This document shows, piece after piece, positions 27,515-64,000 of a stretch of DNA of 64,000 nt. Position 1 is the first letter of the stretch. Every line of letters starts with the position of its first letter. The translations under genes and the position numbers were made by a program. The notes under the pieces were generated by a model. The model was given only the letters and a program-made list of their open reading frames with translations. It had not been told where the DNA came from and did no database searches. The stretch is from NCBI RefSeq assembly GCF_964355755.1, contig NC_092673.1, positions 3,410,001 to 3,474,000 on the forward strand. The letters are read 5' to 3'. This DNA comes from Antedon mediterranea. Lineage: Eukaryota > Animalia > Echinodermata.

Positions 27515-27925
27515 ATCTTCACACATATCTCCTATTTTATATAACCTCCATTGGCTACCTATTGACTCCCGTATAAAATATAAGATCCTTTTACTAACAT
27601 TTAAAGCGCTACTTCTTAAACAACCTACTTATATCCTTGATCTTCTTCCCACCTACACCCCTCTTGCTTGTTTTCGTTCGGCTGATCAAAACCTACTATT
27701 TGTTCCTAGAATTAACACCAAATCATATGGACAAAGGTCTTTTATGTTCTCTGCTGCTTCTGGAATTCTCTCCCTCGTCATTTTAATCTTTTAACTTCTA
27801 TTGCTATTTTTAAAAAAGAACTTAAAACGCATCTTTTTAACATCCAATATAAGCGCCTTTCATTTTTACTTCGGTTTAGTTGATTCTGGCGCTATACAAA
27901 TACCTAAATTATTTATTTTATTTAT
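27515..27925 (+). mobile_element. L2-clade LINE 3' fragment (decayed ORF2 end plus tail)
   Basis: Translates, with frameshifts, as SHISPILYNLHWLPIDSRIKYKILLLTFKAL...RSADQNLLFVPRINTKSYGQRSF...WNSLP...FKKNLKTHLF. It is followed by an AAGCGCC...GGCGCTATACAAAT stem tail. Isolated L2-type tails also occur at about 2545-2605 (+), 43110-43170 (+) and 50535-50610 (-). Confidence 0.85.
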
Positions 27926-30469
27926 TTACAGCAGGATACATGATGTGAGTCATTTGTACATTACAATGTATAGTGATTATTAAAATGTATTCAAATTGCC
28001 TTGCATCTTATATCTTTCTTCGTGCTGGTATTATAAATTGCTGACTGTACAAACAGCAGTCTCTCAAACGTCATAACATCGTTAAAAATTACTGCAAACT
28101 TTGAAAATGTTAATACATTTTTTTTTATTAAAATATATTTGAAATTGAAAAACAAGGTACAGTATTCTTAGCGAGGCATTTAAGATTGCATACTGGTATT
28201 TTATTTAAGTTCTGTACAGTAGGAATTTGAACAGTGAAATGTTTTGTTTGTGCCGTAGTCCTATTGTTTAATAGGGAGCTTTCGATCTATGACGGCCTAT
28301 GACCTGTGTAGTGATGAGTCGTCAAAGTAACCATCTCAAGAAATAGGGTGAGAATGTGCTTCATTCCACCTTCCCTACAATAAATTATAAATGACCAGAA
28401 GCTCCTTAATATATTGAATTATCAAAAAGTCACTTAAACCAAGTGAAAAAAGTGAAAAAAGTAAAAAGCAGAACTGGTGTAATGACGACAAAGGTGATCT
28501 TAACTCCAGCTAAGCTGAACACCATTGATGACAAAGTCGTCAGGTGAAAATAAGAACTAAGTATTGCATTACTTAACACGATACCTGGCAACAATGTATT
28601 GGAGTCTAGACAACTATTTCGTACTGTGGAATTATAGTTACAACACAGTGCATATAGAGCTGCCAAAATAACATACAGCTAGTACAGGGATATAAGAGTA
28701 TGATGGCAGTTCTCTGAAACGATCCAAATGTTCTTGATATGATATGGGTATTATTAAGGACCATCATCTTTCTTACTACATGACTATGACTAACAAAGTT
28801 ATCACAAATGCAGCATCTTCATAAGAAATTGCTATGATAAAAAATTGTCATTTTTTTATGTCTAATATAATCTAGTTGTTGTAGACAATAAGATTTATAA
28901 TATAAATCGGTTAGAGCAGAACATATTGTTTTAGCACAGTATGTTGACACACTGAAGGTCAACCATGATTGTTGCTATAGCAACTCAAATATGACACTAT
29001 GCTCACCCTTACCAAAAATCAGCGTGACATTATTGCCCGAAGACTGATCTTACAAAGAAAATAACAGGTTAAAGGTCATTAAAAAAACAAAACATCAGAT
29101 AATAATAAAGCTGCGCTTGTCACCTTCAACAAGGTGCCCAGCAGCGAGTGAACTCTGACCTCAATCAAAAGTGTGTATGGCTCGATTTACTATTAGGTAT
29201 ACTGTACACACTGTAAAGTCTAAAGCCTTGTTCGCACTGGACTTGAAAAATGGTAAATTTAACCATGGTAACTTTACCCAATGTCATCGGAAGATTTGAC
29301 CATAGTTTGCACTTGGATATTTTCATGAAATATTTTTACCGTAAATTTACCAAAATTTAACCATGATTGTCTTACATGAGTCGCACATTTGAAGTGGGAC
29401 TTTTTAGCAACATGGTTAGTTTTTACAGAGAGACCATGCTTGTAAGTTTTAAGGGAGTATAGAGTATAGCGGTCTTTAGTTGGAAAAACAATATATATTA
29501 ATTAAATGCCTATCGTCACTCATAGTAGAATGGTGATCTTAATTTCAAATAAAAGAAATTTACATTTTTTTTGCAATGATACCTACCGGTAAGTATTGAA
29601 GGTATATAGTATGCCATCTTCAAATAAACTTTTGTCAGTAAATTGTTGGATAATTCTTAATTTTATCGTAGTTATTCAACAATAAAAAGTTACAGTAGCT
29701 CACTCACCTGTGCTCTACTGACCTAAATATGTCAATCATTAAATTAAGAATTTCACACATCACAAGTTGCCTACTCCGAATTATATCAACAGTTATGACA
29801 AATTAACAACTGATAAATAATTTAATCTTACAACAATTTAATATGAATCTAGTAACTCTTCTCTTTGGCATATTATTTCCATGAATTACAATATTTTACA
29901 GAATGGATTGTTAATTATTAATTTGATGAAATCATGAAAGAATGCATTTCTCCTCAAATACTGTATTTATTAATGAAAAACAAATGCATGTTTTATTAAA
30001 AAAACTTTCTAATTTAAATGAGAGAATCTGGACCTCTAGTCTTGCAGGTATGGCATGGACCAGGTACAAACCATCCCAACACTCCTCTCTCTCAGTGTTA
30101 CAGTAGTAGTACAGTGACTTAGTTTAAAAACAGACCAGACTAAATTCACATTTTAAACGAATTCTTCATAATTATTAACTTACCCTATGGCATACTGTAT
30201 ACCTCTATATGATAAATAAACATTTTTGTGTAGTGCCTAAAACTAAACTTGTTCTCAATAATGACTATTTTTTTAATAGAAAAAATACAATGTATTCTTT
30301 TCACTGCACATATTGTAGGCTAACACAACCATTTGGTTTTGCAAGATTATCATCTGCGCTGAGCAATCATCTTTTGAAAATCCGTTCAAAATATCAAGAG
30401 ATCAACACCTTAAAAAAGATGAAAGGATGACACCAATAAAAACGCTGTCTCTGATAAAAACACACTCAC

Positions 30470-31336
30470 CCTTTTTATTAGAAGTGTTAGTTTAAAATGT
30501 CCGTCTTGGCTCCTAAATTTAATAAAATTTGAATTCAAAATTATATCCACTTGGCTGCAACATACAAGGCGCGGCGGTTCGCTTTTCCAATGCACACCGG
30601 TGTGTAAATAGCAACTTTGAGTTGACTGATTACTGTTACGGTTGGTTGGTTTTAAAATTTCCCTCCCTCTGCTGATTATATAATTTTCATTTCAATACCA
30701 TATATACTTCATAAAATCAAACTTTATTTGCCTTTTTTATAAACTCTATATTGTATTTTAAATAAACAACCATCAGAATAAACTGTAACAATGTAACTAA
30801 TCTAAAAATTCGATATGATACATACACATGACCAGAGTGATATTGAATGAATGCCTGGCATTTAATCGATACATTGAGTGGGGCTTTAAAAGAGGGCGGT
30901 CGTCTAAAAATATTTAGTGTCGAGCTAGCTATCTACTACTTGAGACTTTTTAGTATCAAATTATTTATTCAAATTATTTTTTTAAATATTGAAAGGATCT
31001 AGAATAATATTTTTCCCTCATTAATTTTGTTTAAGGAATATTCATCATCCTAATAAATAAATCGTAACCTGGTTCCCGAACGAATGTATAGTTTTTTTAA
31101 ACCCTGGGAAAGTTAGTCATGCATCGCTGCATCCAATATGTAAACACGACAACTTATGAATTCAATACTGATGATGATCAAAGAGCATCCTATTATATTG
31201 TGTAGCGGCCTGTATCCTAGGCCTCTATAATTATAAGGTAAAATCAGAAAAAACTCATCAACTACTAGGCCTCCAATACTCATTATAGTGATATTACACC
31301 TCATACATTATATTTGATACTCAGCAGCTCAAGCAG
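30470..31336. promoter_or_regulatory. Probable bidirectional promoter region with non-coding first exons of adducin (-) and THNSL2 (+)
   Basis: Minus-strand donor AAGG|GTGAGT at 30469. CpG-richer patch 30565-30605 includes the palindrome CACACCGGTGTG. GC box GGGCGG near 30895. Plus-strand donor GCA|GTGAGT at 31336 and acceptor TTTTTAG at 31602, 10 nt before the THNSL2 ATG. Both start-codon exons begin with an acceptor, so untranslated first exons must exist. Confidence 0.5.
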
Positions 31337-31612
31337 TGAGTGTATTGTTTAGTATAGTAAGGAAGCATATTGATTTTCATACGCTTCAGACACTACTAGG
31401 CCCTAGCTAGGCCTTTATATTAAATTCCCTTGACCGCCGCCTTGATCTCTGCCCTACTGCTGTGCAGCAAGATGTAGTCAGTACAAATATAGGTAGGCCT
31501 AACTACACCTAGACCTATTATAGAGAGTATCTAAATGCCTTTTTATCATATTAAATATTTCATGAGATAAATATTTAATAAATATTTTTGTTTTGTTTTT
31601 AGATAAAGAAAA

Positions 31613-34600
31613 ATGAAGTACCAAAGTACCAGAGGAGGTGTGACTAATTTGACGTTTGAGGAAGCAATATTCAGCCCTGGATATGTTGCAGACGGAGGGA
31701 TTCTCATGCCTCAAAATATTCCTCATTTATCTCAACAAGAATTACAAGAGATGTCCAGCTTATCGTATGTTGGTCTTTTGAAGCGAATCATACCAATGTT
31801 TATCAGTAAAGATGAGATTCCTGAAACTGATCTTCAAGGTATGAGGTAGTGTTTGGTTTTAAGTTCAAAATCTTAAGAACATAAAACCAATGTATTTTCT
31901 GCATCAGACAGAGACTACTTTTATTATGTTTCTGTGTTTCATCATTCACTAAACCTAAAATCATCACTTTCTTCCCTGAACATTTAAAGATATTTATGAG
32001 ATAAATAATGTTGCAAAGAATTGAATCAATATGTCACGAGTGTTCCATGCAATTACAGTTTCTTTATTGTTGGTACTGTATTTATCATTTTATTTAGATT
32101 TGTTCAGTAAGGCACTTGAAAAACTGAGTTTAGAGGATGTAGTGAAGCTTGCAGAGTTAAAGAATGGTCTGAATGTGCTGGAGCTGTTTCATGGCAAAAC
32201 ACTTGCATTCAAAGACATTGCAATTTCATTTGTTGGCCAGTTTATGGATTATTTTCTTTCAAAAAAGAAAAAACATGTGACTCTTGTAGTTGGTGAGTTT
32301 TAACAAGGATATCAAGAAATTTCCAGTTTGTTAAAGTTATTTTAAATTATGTAGCTTGATATATTTGTTATGAAAAGCAAAGTAACACCTTTGTTCAAGG
32401 ACATCAGGCTGTACATGGGTTGCATTTAAACAGTAGAATATTATTGCAATTTCACAAGATATTTTCTTTGCAAGCAACAATCAATTACCAATTTTTAGGT
32501 ACATCCGGAGATACAGGCAGTGCTGCCATTCATGGCGTTTGTGACAGTAACTGGATTGATATCGTTGTACTTCTACCTCATGGTCATTGCACTGAGATTC
32601 AAGAGCTTCAAATGACAACAGTAATCAAAGAAAACGTTCATGTCTTCTCTGGTAATTATAAAAAAATGTATTTAAGATCTCTGAAAATTCAAAGTGTAAA
32701 GCTCTTTCTGCACTATCAAACTTTATGTGACAAATAAATTTGATGTGCCCATATGTGTCATATCAGTACCATAATTAAGCATTAAATATGATAATAATAT
32801 TCAATTTTTCTTTTTCCGTGTTGTTTTTATCTAATCTTTGTTTAGGCATGTCTGTCACAAGCTTTTTGCTTTTTTGATCATGCCTTCTTCAATCATATTA
32901 CCTTTCTTTACACCAATTTGTTGACTGTTTTATTTTGAAGAAAATAAATGTTACTTTGAATTGAAAAAAAAAAAAAAAAAAAAATTATATTTTCTTCAGT
33001 TGATGGCAGTTCCGACGACCTGGATGTCGCTATCAAGAAGGTTTGTCTGGATATTAAGTTCCGAGATCAGCACAAGCTTGGTACCATGAACTCAATAAAC
33101 TGGGGTCGTGTCATGGTTCAGGTAGTACACTACTTCTATGCATACTTCTCACAAGCCACAAAGGTAGGTGACCCTGTTGAGGTCATCATTCCTACTGGAG
33201 CACTTGGCAATTGTACAGGTACAGTAACTATAAACCTTCTCCAGTTAAAAGAAATTGAGTCTGCATGACCATTCATGTACAGCTACAACTCCGGAAGATA
33301 ATATGTTACTTACATGTTATAACCAACAACCAGTGATTAACAACTTTCAATCAATGTGATCAATAACATTTTTTATTTTCTCAGCTGGTTGTTTGGCTGT
33401 CAAAATGGGTCTTCCTCTGCGTCTAGTATGTGCTGTTAATAAAAATGACATTGTTCATCGAGCATTTTCAACTGGAGATTATTCCATTTCTGGTCTGAAA
33501 GAAACAATATCACCTGCAATGAATATTCAGGTATGGTGATTATTTGAAATTAAAAACAAAAGTCCTATGTTACAATTATGATTTCAACAATTCTAGGTGC
33601 AAGTTAGATTCCATTTTGCCTATTCTGTTTTTGAAATACCTAAGCTATAGAATAAGAGTTTAGACTTCTAATGAACGCTACTAGCTTTTCCCAGAGTTAA
33701 TAAAACTGTAAGAAAATTGCAGATCAATTTTGTGTCTGCACAGCAATTTTGATATATTATATATTTTATACCTATAGATCGCCTACAATATTGAGCGTAT
33801 TTTATGGCTGTTTTCTGACGGAGACTGTAACCTTGTATCAAAGATACTTGTACAGTTTGAATCTAGTACACCTAGTACAACAGCGATTCCACAAGATCTT
33901 CTTTGTAAGGTAAAATCTTTTTTCAAAGTTAATATAAAGTTAATATTAGTTACTCAGCTGAAATTGTCGTGGGACATGGGGCTCATTTAAGATAAGTAAG
34001 CAAATAGATGATGGTGGTATATTGCCACCGGAATAGTCCATTATTGTAGAGGGTTCATCCATGGTGGACCACAGACTATTGTTGGTTTTTCCAGGTAAGC
34101 AGCACTTATCCTTGTTGCCTGCAACCGATTCAATACATCCATAAAATTATCTCATCAGTATCACATGTTATTCTTAAGCTCTCTTCTTGAAAATAAAATT
34201 CCTTTTAAGATTCAAGAAGTTGTAAGTTCAGGTGTTGTTGATGATGACACAACATTGAAAACAATGACTAATTGTTGGCAGGAAAACAACTACCTATTGT
34301 GTCCACACACAGCAGTAGCAGTGGCCTATTATTATCGTAACAGCAACAGGTAGGTTGTAACAGTTAAAACCCTAAGCTGCTGGAAAACAGACTTTCCATG
34401 AATTTACCCTAAAATGTATATGAAATTAAATTTTTTTAATTTCTCGTTATTACTTCTTCATTCTGACATGGCTATATTATTATAATACAATATTTAAAAG
34501 CAATTTTAAACCCAGAATCCCCCTTTAATGAAAATGGTTTCTACTTACTGATACGGTTTTACAGTTAAAAATGGCAAAATCAGCACTGTGGTCATGTTAC

Positions 34601-34913
34601 AAGAAAAACAAATATAGATTATCTGATAAAAATCCTAGAAAGTAGGAAACCTTTTGCCATTTTCCCCTGAATGTTTGTTTTATTTTTCAGTGAAAAAGAG
34701 AGACCGAAATCGGTTTGTATAGCCAGTGCATCACCTGCAAAGTTTCCTGAAACTGTTCTAAAAGCTGGTCTTACACCCTCTGTTGCTAAAGAAATATCTG
34801 GTTTAAAAACAATGCCAACCAAGTATACAAAGATGACAAAAACCGATGATTGGGAGTGTATGTTAAGAGACAGAATCATAAGTATTACCGAGAAAAAGAA
34901 ATGTACATCATAG
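31613..34913 (+). CDS. THNSL2: Threonine synthase-like 2 (fold-type II PLP enzyme), complete CDS in 8 exons
   Basis: Exons 31613-31838, 32098-32292, 32499-32651, 33000-33218, 33385-33530, 33778-33909, 34210-34349 and 34691-34913 are all GT-AG and phase-consistent. Motifs: MKYQSTRG, DGGILMP, FHGKTLAFKD (PLP lysine), GTSGDTGSAA, IQELQMTT, NSINWGR, PTGALGN, LCPHTAVA, ASPAKF. There is no N-terminal shikimate-kinase-like domain, so this is THNSL2 rather than THNSL1. Confidence 0.93.
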
Positions 34914-35387
34914 AAAAATATTTTCTAACTGATAAAATGTATGATTAAATTTTGAAAAAAAACAAAAGCATTATCGTTATTATATAAAAACATAACATTA
35001 TTATAAAAATATTTATGGTTTGGTTTGTTTGATAAACTTAATTTTTAAAATGAAAATATTAAACAATATAATCAGTAATTTGTGCTAAATTTAGAAGCAA
35101 TATTTTAGATATGTAGATGTATATTAAATTTAATGTAATCATTTATGTAATATTTAAACAGTACATTATATATGGTTTTATGTACAAGCAATACTTATAT
35201 TTGATTAAACAATGACAATTATTGGTAAGTGGGAAGAATCTTTAAAAACCTTTCTTTTTAAGGCAAATTGCCAAGGATAACCATAAGAAAATTCATTCAC
35301 TATCCTTCTTAAAGGTGGCAATCCTGTTCACAAGACAAACATATACACAAGATGATCTACACAGACACAGTCTTATTACAAGTCTTT

Positions 35388-35501
35388 GGGAGTGGAGTTG
35401 TAATTTTGTCCTTAGAAAAAATCCTGACATGAAAGGTCTTGAACCCAGTACCCTTGTATTGGTAGCCAAGCATCATAACCACCAAGCCACAACTCCACTC
35501 C
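35388..35501 (-). mobile_element. Old tRNA-derived element bracketed by an inverted repeat; relatives at about 60779-60888 and 42893-43023
   Basis: Minus strand: box A-like TGGCTTGGTGG, box B-like GGTTCAAGAC; GGAGTGGAGTTGT pairs with ACAACTCCACTCC. Confidence 0.55.
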
Positions 35502-36356
35502 AAATTATACATTTCATTACATTAATTCTGTTAAAATGGTTCCAAACGAAGAAAGAAATTACGAAAAACTTAATAGATAGTTTTATTTATTATCTGGTTT
35601 ATCTGACTTAGCCCACAGTTTCTAATTTACAATAATATCCCCAAAAAAAACAAAAAAAAAACATTTCACACCACCAGGATGTGATTGACACCGATGCTTA
35701 CTAAGGCATTCAGATAACATGTACAGTATATGTACATATATTATATAATACAACAATTGAAATTTGTGTAACTTATATGTCATTACAATTTATATAAGCA
35801 GCAGGGAAGAGCGACACTTCCCTGATATAAGTAAAAGAAATAATCTACAGAATCGGTATGAAATCCAGCAAAGATTGTGCCGTTTTTATTTTAGTAATTT
35901 TTGTGCAGTCGAGAACAGCGTCACCACCACATATTTTGTGTTTCTACTTATTTTGTTACTCTTAACGAAATACTTGTAGCTGTATTCATCATTTACCCGC
36001 AGGCAAATGTAATCACCCGCAGGCAAATGGAATCACCCTTGATGAGTGAAATACTTAAGGAAATTATAAGTGTGTTTGTGAGTACAACCACAGGTACATA
36101 TACATTTCCACAGAACGCTTAGCTGAGCAAACTAGGAAAAGACGGTGTAAGACAAGTTTATCAATTCAATTAATTTGAACACTCCATGTAGGAGTTATTG
36201 TAAATGATGCTAGTAGCATACAGTAGCATCTTACTAACCAAGTGCAAATGACCAAGCCTGTGGTCAAAGGGTTAGTAGTGTTCAAATGATGTGTCCTTTT
36301 CCTAAAGACCAGCAGCGAAATTTTGGGAGAGTTGAGTGTACCTTGTGGCTGGCTTA

Positions 36357-36497
36357 AGCTATGTCTACACTATCAAACTAGTTTGACAAAAAAAGTGTGA
36401 TGAGCCCAAATATGTTAGTGATATGACATCATCATGTCTATATATGGGCATATCACATTTTTTTTATCACATAAAGTGTAATAGTGCAGACTGAGCT
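36357..36497. mobile_element. MITE family A copy, probably within the SLK 3' UTR
   Basis: TIRs with TTA/TTA target-site duplication. Confidence 0.87.
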
Positions 36498-38018
36498 TTA
36501 GAGTGTCGGGTCAACTGAATTCATATAACTTAACAATGTACCTAATCTCATATTATTCTTTGAAAGTTGAATTTAAATTTACAATATAAAATCATTTCAA
36601 ATTAGGTTTTAAACTAGACAAAAATATATTTTGGATTTTACCTCAGCCCCTTGAACAGTAGAAGAAAACAAACAAATAAAGGTTAAATATTTAGTATAAT
36701 ATCAATTAGCTAAGGTATAAATAATTTAATATTTTGACAATTTATGATGTACAGAGGTGGACAAAGAGGATCATCCGCTTGTCATTTTACCATCCACCTT
36801 TTAATTTTTCTGCATAATGTTTGAATATCTTGTAAAAATTAATTTGTTGTAATGAACTCTAGACGTTTACGTTACTGGGTTAAGTTTAAATGTTGGTGTT
36901 TTTATCTTAATTTTTCAAGCTCTTTTTAACATAAAAATATATTTCTTATACTTGAATGAATCTGCATTACATAAATTTGCATATGGTTAAATGTAACACA
37001 ATCACTAATTATAATAAGTAATACTATAAAATAAATATTTCCATAAACTTCTAGATGTAAAACATGTAAAATGTCTATTCTTAATAGAAAATATTGTCCA
37101 TATAACAAGAAAATTTTAATCAGTTAAATAAAATATTAATTTGAGTTGATTAATTGTACATTAAACCTTGCAAAATTAGCAGCATTTTTAAAAATGATTT
37201 ATCGTGATATTTAGTACAAATTAAAGCATGGAAATTGAAAATATTGTTAGATTTTATTATCAGAAAATATTAATTTTTACATGTCAAACAGCTATATACT
37301 GTTAACTATGGGTAGTAACCACTATATATCAAATTTATATTGTTAATAATAAAACTGGTTTTAGATTGAAGTGAAGATACAATCACAGTCACAATATTTG
37401 GAATGGTTCATATCACACAAGTGAAAGCTTTAAACACTGTAACTTAGAAGAGTCATGGATAATGAGATTACACCCATAATCTCCTCATACTGAGGCCTTA
37501 ATTAAGCAATTACAAATATTTTTCAGTGCACTAGAAACCGTGTGTTTGAGCATATTCCACGATGGCTAAGAATAGACATAATTAATTCCAAAGTAATGTA
37601 GTATTAACCATATTACTGTATATACTTTAATATGCACAATCTTGTGAGCTGTATTCACCATTTACAAACATAGACAAAAATGATATATTGAAGTGAAAAC
37701 CACCACAAGTGAAATCCTTAAATATTGTAAAAGGGTAATCTCGTATTTAAGGGAAATATCTTGCATGTGATTGGTGAATACAGTCACAGGTTCCAAATCT
37801 ATTTCTTCGTGTAAAATGCTCCTGAAAAACTTGTTTAGAAAGAGTTGCATTAAGTTACTCTCTTCTGCCAGCAAATGATTAAACTTGTATATTTCTTTTC
37901 AAATGTCATAAGTGACTCATCAATAGGCACAAAACATCAAACATTGAGTCATGTTCTTTCTTAAACCTTTTTAAACGTTCTTATATGTTGCTAATACATG
38001 AACTGGAAGCACATGTTC

Positions 38019-61224
<23,206 letters not shown>

Positions 61225-64000
61225 CTTGAGAAAAAAAAAATGAATAAAATTTAGAAAATTATAATATGAAAATTTCAAACCAAAGGAGTTCGTCTCTGAT
61301 GATAATAATTATCAGATAATCACTGATTATAAATAATCACTGATTTAATCATGTTATAATTCTATCTATCCACACCTATTTACACACAACTTCATTTCAA
61401 TGGTTGTAAAAAAGTCAGTCTGTCCTCCACACCGATTATTGTTTTATCTACGATTTAAATTACAGAGGAAGTGCTAATCTATGTGGGTTACACCCAGTGA
61501 TCATATTTGATTAATTGTTTACATGTAAACAATATGTAATTGCAATCCTTTGGTATAAAGTCCAATTTTATACATACTAAAGATAATAATTATATCTTGT
61601 TTTATTAACTAATAAATGTGATATTATTTACACTGGGAAAATTCAAATTAAATTTGTTGACATAGACAACACTGTACACATTTTAGATAAGCATAGTATT
61701 CTGTATGTAAATACATAAGAGTGCTTCAGAGTTAAGCTCTGTCTACACTATCAAACCTGATCAAACTAAAATAACCTGAAAGTACCAATTGTTTATATTT
61801 TGACCCACTCTAGCATTTTAACACTGACCCTCTAGCTACATAACTGGGATACAATAGTATTGACAGGAGTGGGACATTTGGCTGGGATATAAATCTATTC
61901 TGTTTAAGATAAATTCTGAATGTAAACATTTAGTTGGGTGGAATTTAGATGGCCCAACCCATATGAGGTGCTATAGTATTAAAGGTTGACATACTGTAAT
62001 GATATTATGATTCAACCACTGTATAAACAACAGAATCTACAAATAGTCAGCTTTAGTAGTTAGTACTACTACTGCTACAGTATAGAAAAAAGACTACAGA
62101 TTAAATTTTGGTTTAGATACAATATTCAGCACTGTAGTCTTTATGGCGCTTATGTTGACGTTAGTTTATGTATGGTATTGATTTTACTCGAGGTTTTCTT
62201 GAATATTATTGTATCTCAGCTGCACTGGTAACATTATGTATGTATTTATATTTGCAAGCATTCATTGAGCAGCTGATAACTCTACGGCTTTGTATAAATT
62301 TAAATAGAATAAGCGTAATTAATAAATATTGACAAGAAATGAATGAGCATGATAATGTTTATTTGAATAAATTTGATTTAGAATATTGAGATTTAGAAAT
62401 TACTGAGAAAATCAGTATTAACTATTAGTGGCTATATCTTAATGGAGATACAAATAAAATAAACAAAAAATTAATCAAAACAATAAAGTAAAACAGCCAG
62501 AAAGAGATTACAAAGCTTTCGGGTAACACTAACTCTTCCTCGGTAATATTGGAGTTACATTATATCGGGTTAATGACACGAGGGTACAGTATGGGGTTAA
62601 TTACTGATCATACGGTCAATTACATTATACCGGATACAACTCGGATATGATCCAAATCAGCTAAGTGCGCATAGGTAAGTTAACTTTTGTGCGTGTAAAC
62701 AGAGCTATATAGTATATAGGTCGCAGGAAGCCGGTGTACTGTAGTGTCAAAGATAACAAGTATTCAGGACAACAAATTATTTAAAAAATATTGATAATAT
62801 AATTTTAAAATGTTCACTTTACTGCTTCGGTCAAAGGTCACAAATGACGAAAAGGTCAAATAGTTTAGTGATTGTAATGTGAATACTGTTGTATTTGGAT
62901 TTGTCTAATGAACTGTGTTCAAGGTATGAAAAGCTCAAGTTTGTAAATAATATACACTGCTGAATACTACTGTATAGTAAAGTAGAAAAATACTAAGAAA
63001 AAGCTAACAATTTCTTCTCACTTCTCAATAAAAATTAAGTGTACCAAAAGTGTATTTGTACTGGTAGTAGTAGTACACTCATAAAAGTATTAACAGATAT
63101 ATTTTGCTGGTACTTTTAAAGAGCTTGAATAAATGTTAAAATTATACATTATTAAAGTAGTAATTATTTGTGATAATGACAAATCATTTGTTGAAATAAA
63201 TTAGTAAGAAAAGAATTACTATTACTGATTCTAATGTTGAATGATTAATTGAATAAAGTTGGTTCATGCCACAAATAGAAAACAAAATGTACAGTTACAA
63301 TTTTAGAAAAACTTTTGCATTACAAAGTTACTGTAATAGAAACATGTATGTTTGTTACCAACAATTTGAGATAAAAATTAGGTCTCTACAATAAGTGGTT
63401 ACCAAGATATGGCCATTTTGAAAAACACCCTCAAAATAAGTTTTCGGTCAAATAATATTTTTGGCAACAGCCATTTTTGTATTTAGCATAATCAAATAAT
63501 GTGTTGCCAACTTTGAGCACAATTTGCTGCTTGCATCGATATTTTAAATTGTTGTGCCTGGTCTACAGTAAGTGTCCAGCCAGTGGTCATTGTACACATG
63601 GACAAATGACCGGAAACAGCATTCCAGCTTCTATGTATTTTAGCTGAACATGTTAGCTGAATGAATCACCATTGTATTATTAACCACAGGGTGTTTCATC
63701 GCGAGATTTAATCCATTTTACGATTGTTTTTCTCTATTCACACAGAACCATTGTACCAGTCTCCATAATATCACCGGTGTAATTGATTTTGTTTTATGAC
63801 CTGAACAATATTACATTAAATATAGTTTGCAATATTTTACTATATAAATTTTAATTTATTTAAATGTGAAATTTAGGAAATTGATAAAAAAAAAAAAAAT
63901 TAACAATCTATACGCTAACAGTAAATATTTTAAAATATTTTTTGGTTTAAATGTTTGACATGTATTTTTTCTACCAAGTTCAAGCTATTGTATCCGCTGC

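Noticed and set aside
34619-34879. Antisense ORFs over THNSL2 and SLK exons (also 48139-48333, 50277-50513, 61040-61243)
   Set aside because: Shadow frames of real exons on the other strand.

Overview
AT-rich, intron-rich animal genomic DNA. The repeat content suggests a marine invertebrate, possibly an echinoderm; this is inference. Three spliced protein-coding genes were reconstructed by hand from GT-AG boundaries and reading phase. (1) The 5' part of an adducin gene on the minus strand, with coding exons 23414-23653 and 6669-6765; it continues beyond base 1. (2) A complete 8-coding-exon threonine synthase-like 2 (THNSL2) gene on the plus strand, 31613-34913, head-to-head with adducin. (3) An SLK/STK10-type Ste20 kinase on the minus strand, with 17 coding exons from 61224 to the stop at 38019; the first exon lies beyond the window. 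Introns are packed with non-autonomous transposons: about 25 copies of one PIF/Harbinger-type MITE (TWA target duplications), other MITE families, V-SINEs, a CORE-like SINE with an L2 tail, RTE and L2 LINE ends, a Helentron-like element, two near-identical long-hairpin elements and several minisatellites. The most notable observations are: the dominant MITE carries helically phased perfect CArG boxes; TACAGTA/TACTGTA Tc1/mariner-type excision footprints are pervasive, and two are visible as insertions inside MITE copies; a kinase exon end plus its splice donor is amplified in tandem into the intron; and inverted V-SINEs bracket four SLK exons. No prokaryotic-type system, CRISPR array, rRNA or intact tRNA gene was seen.
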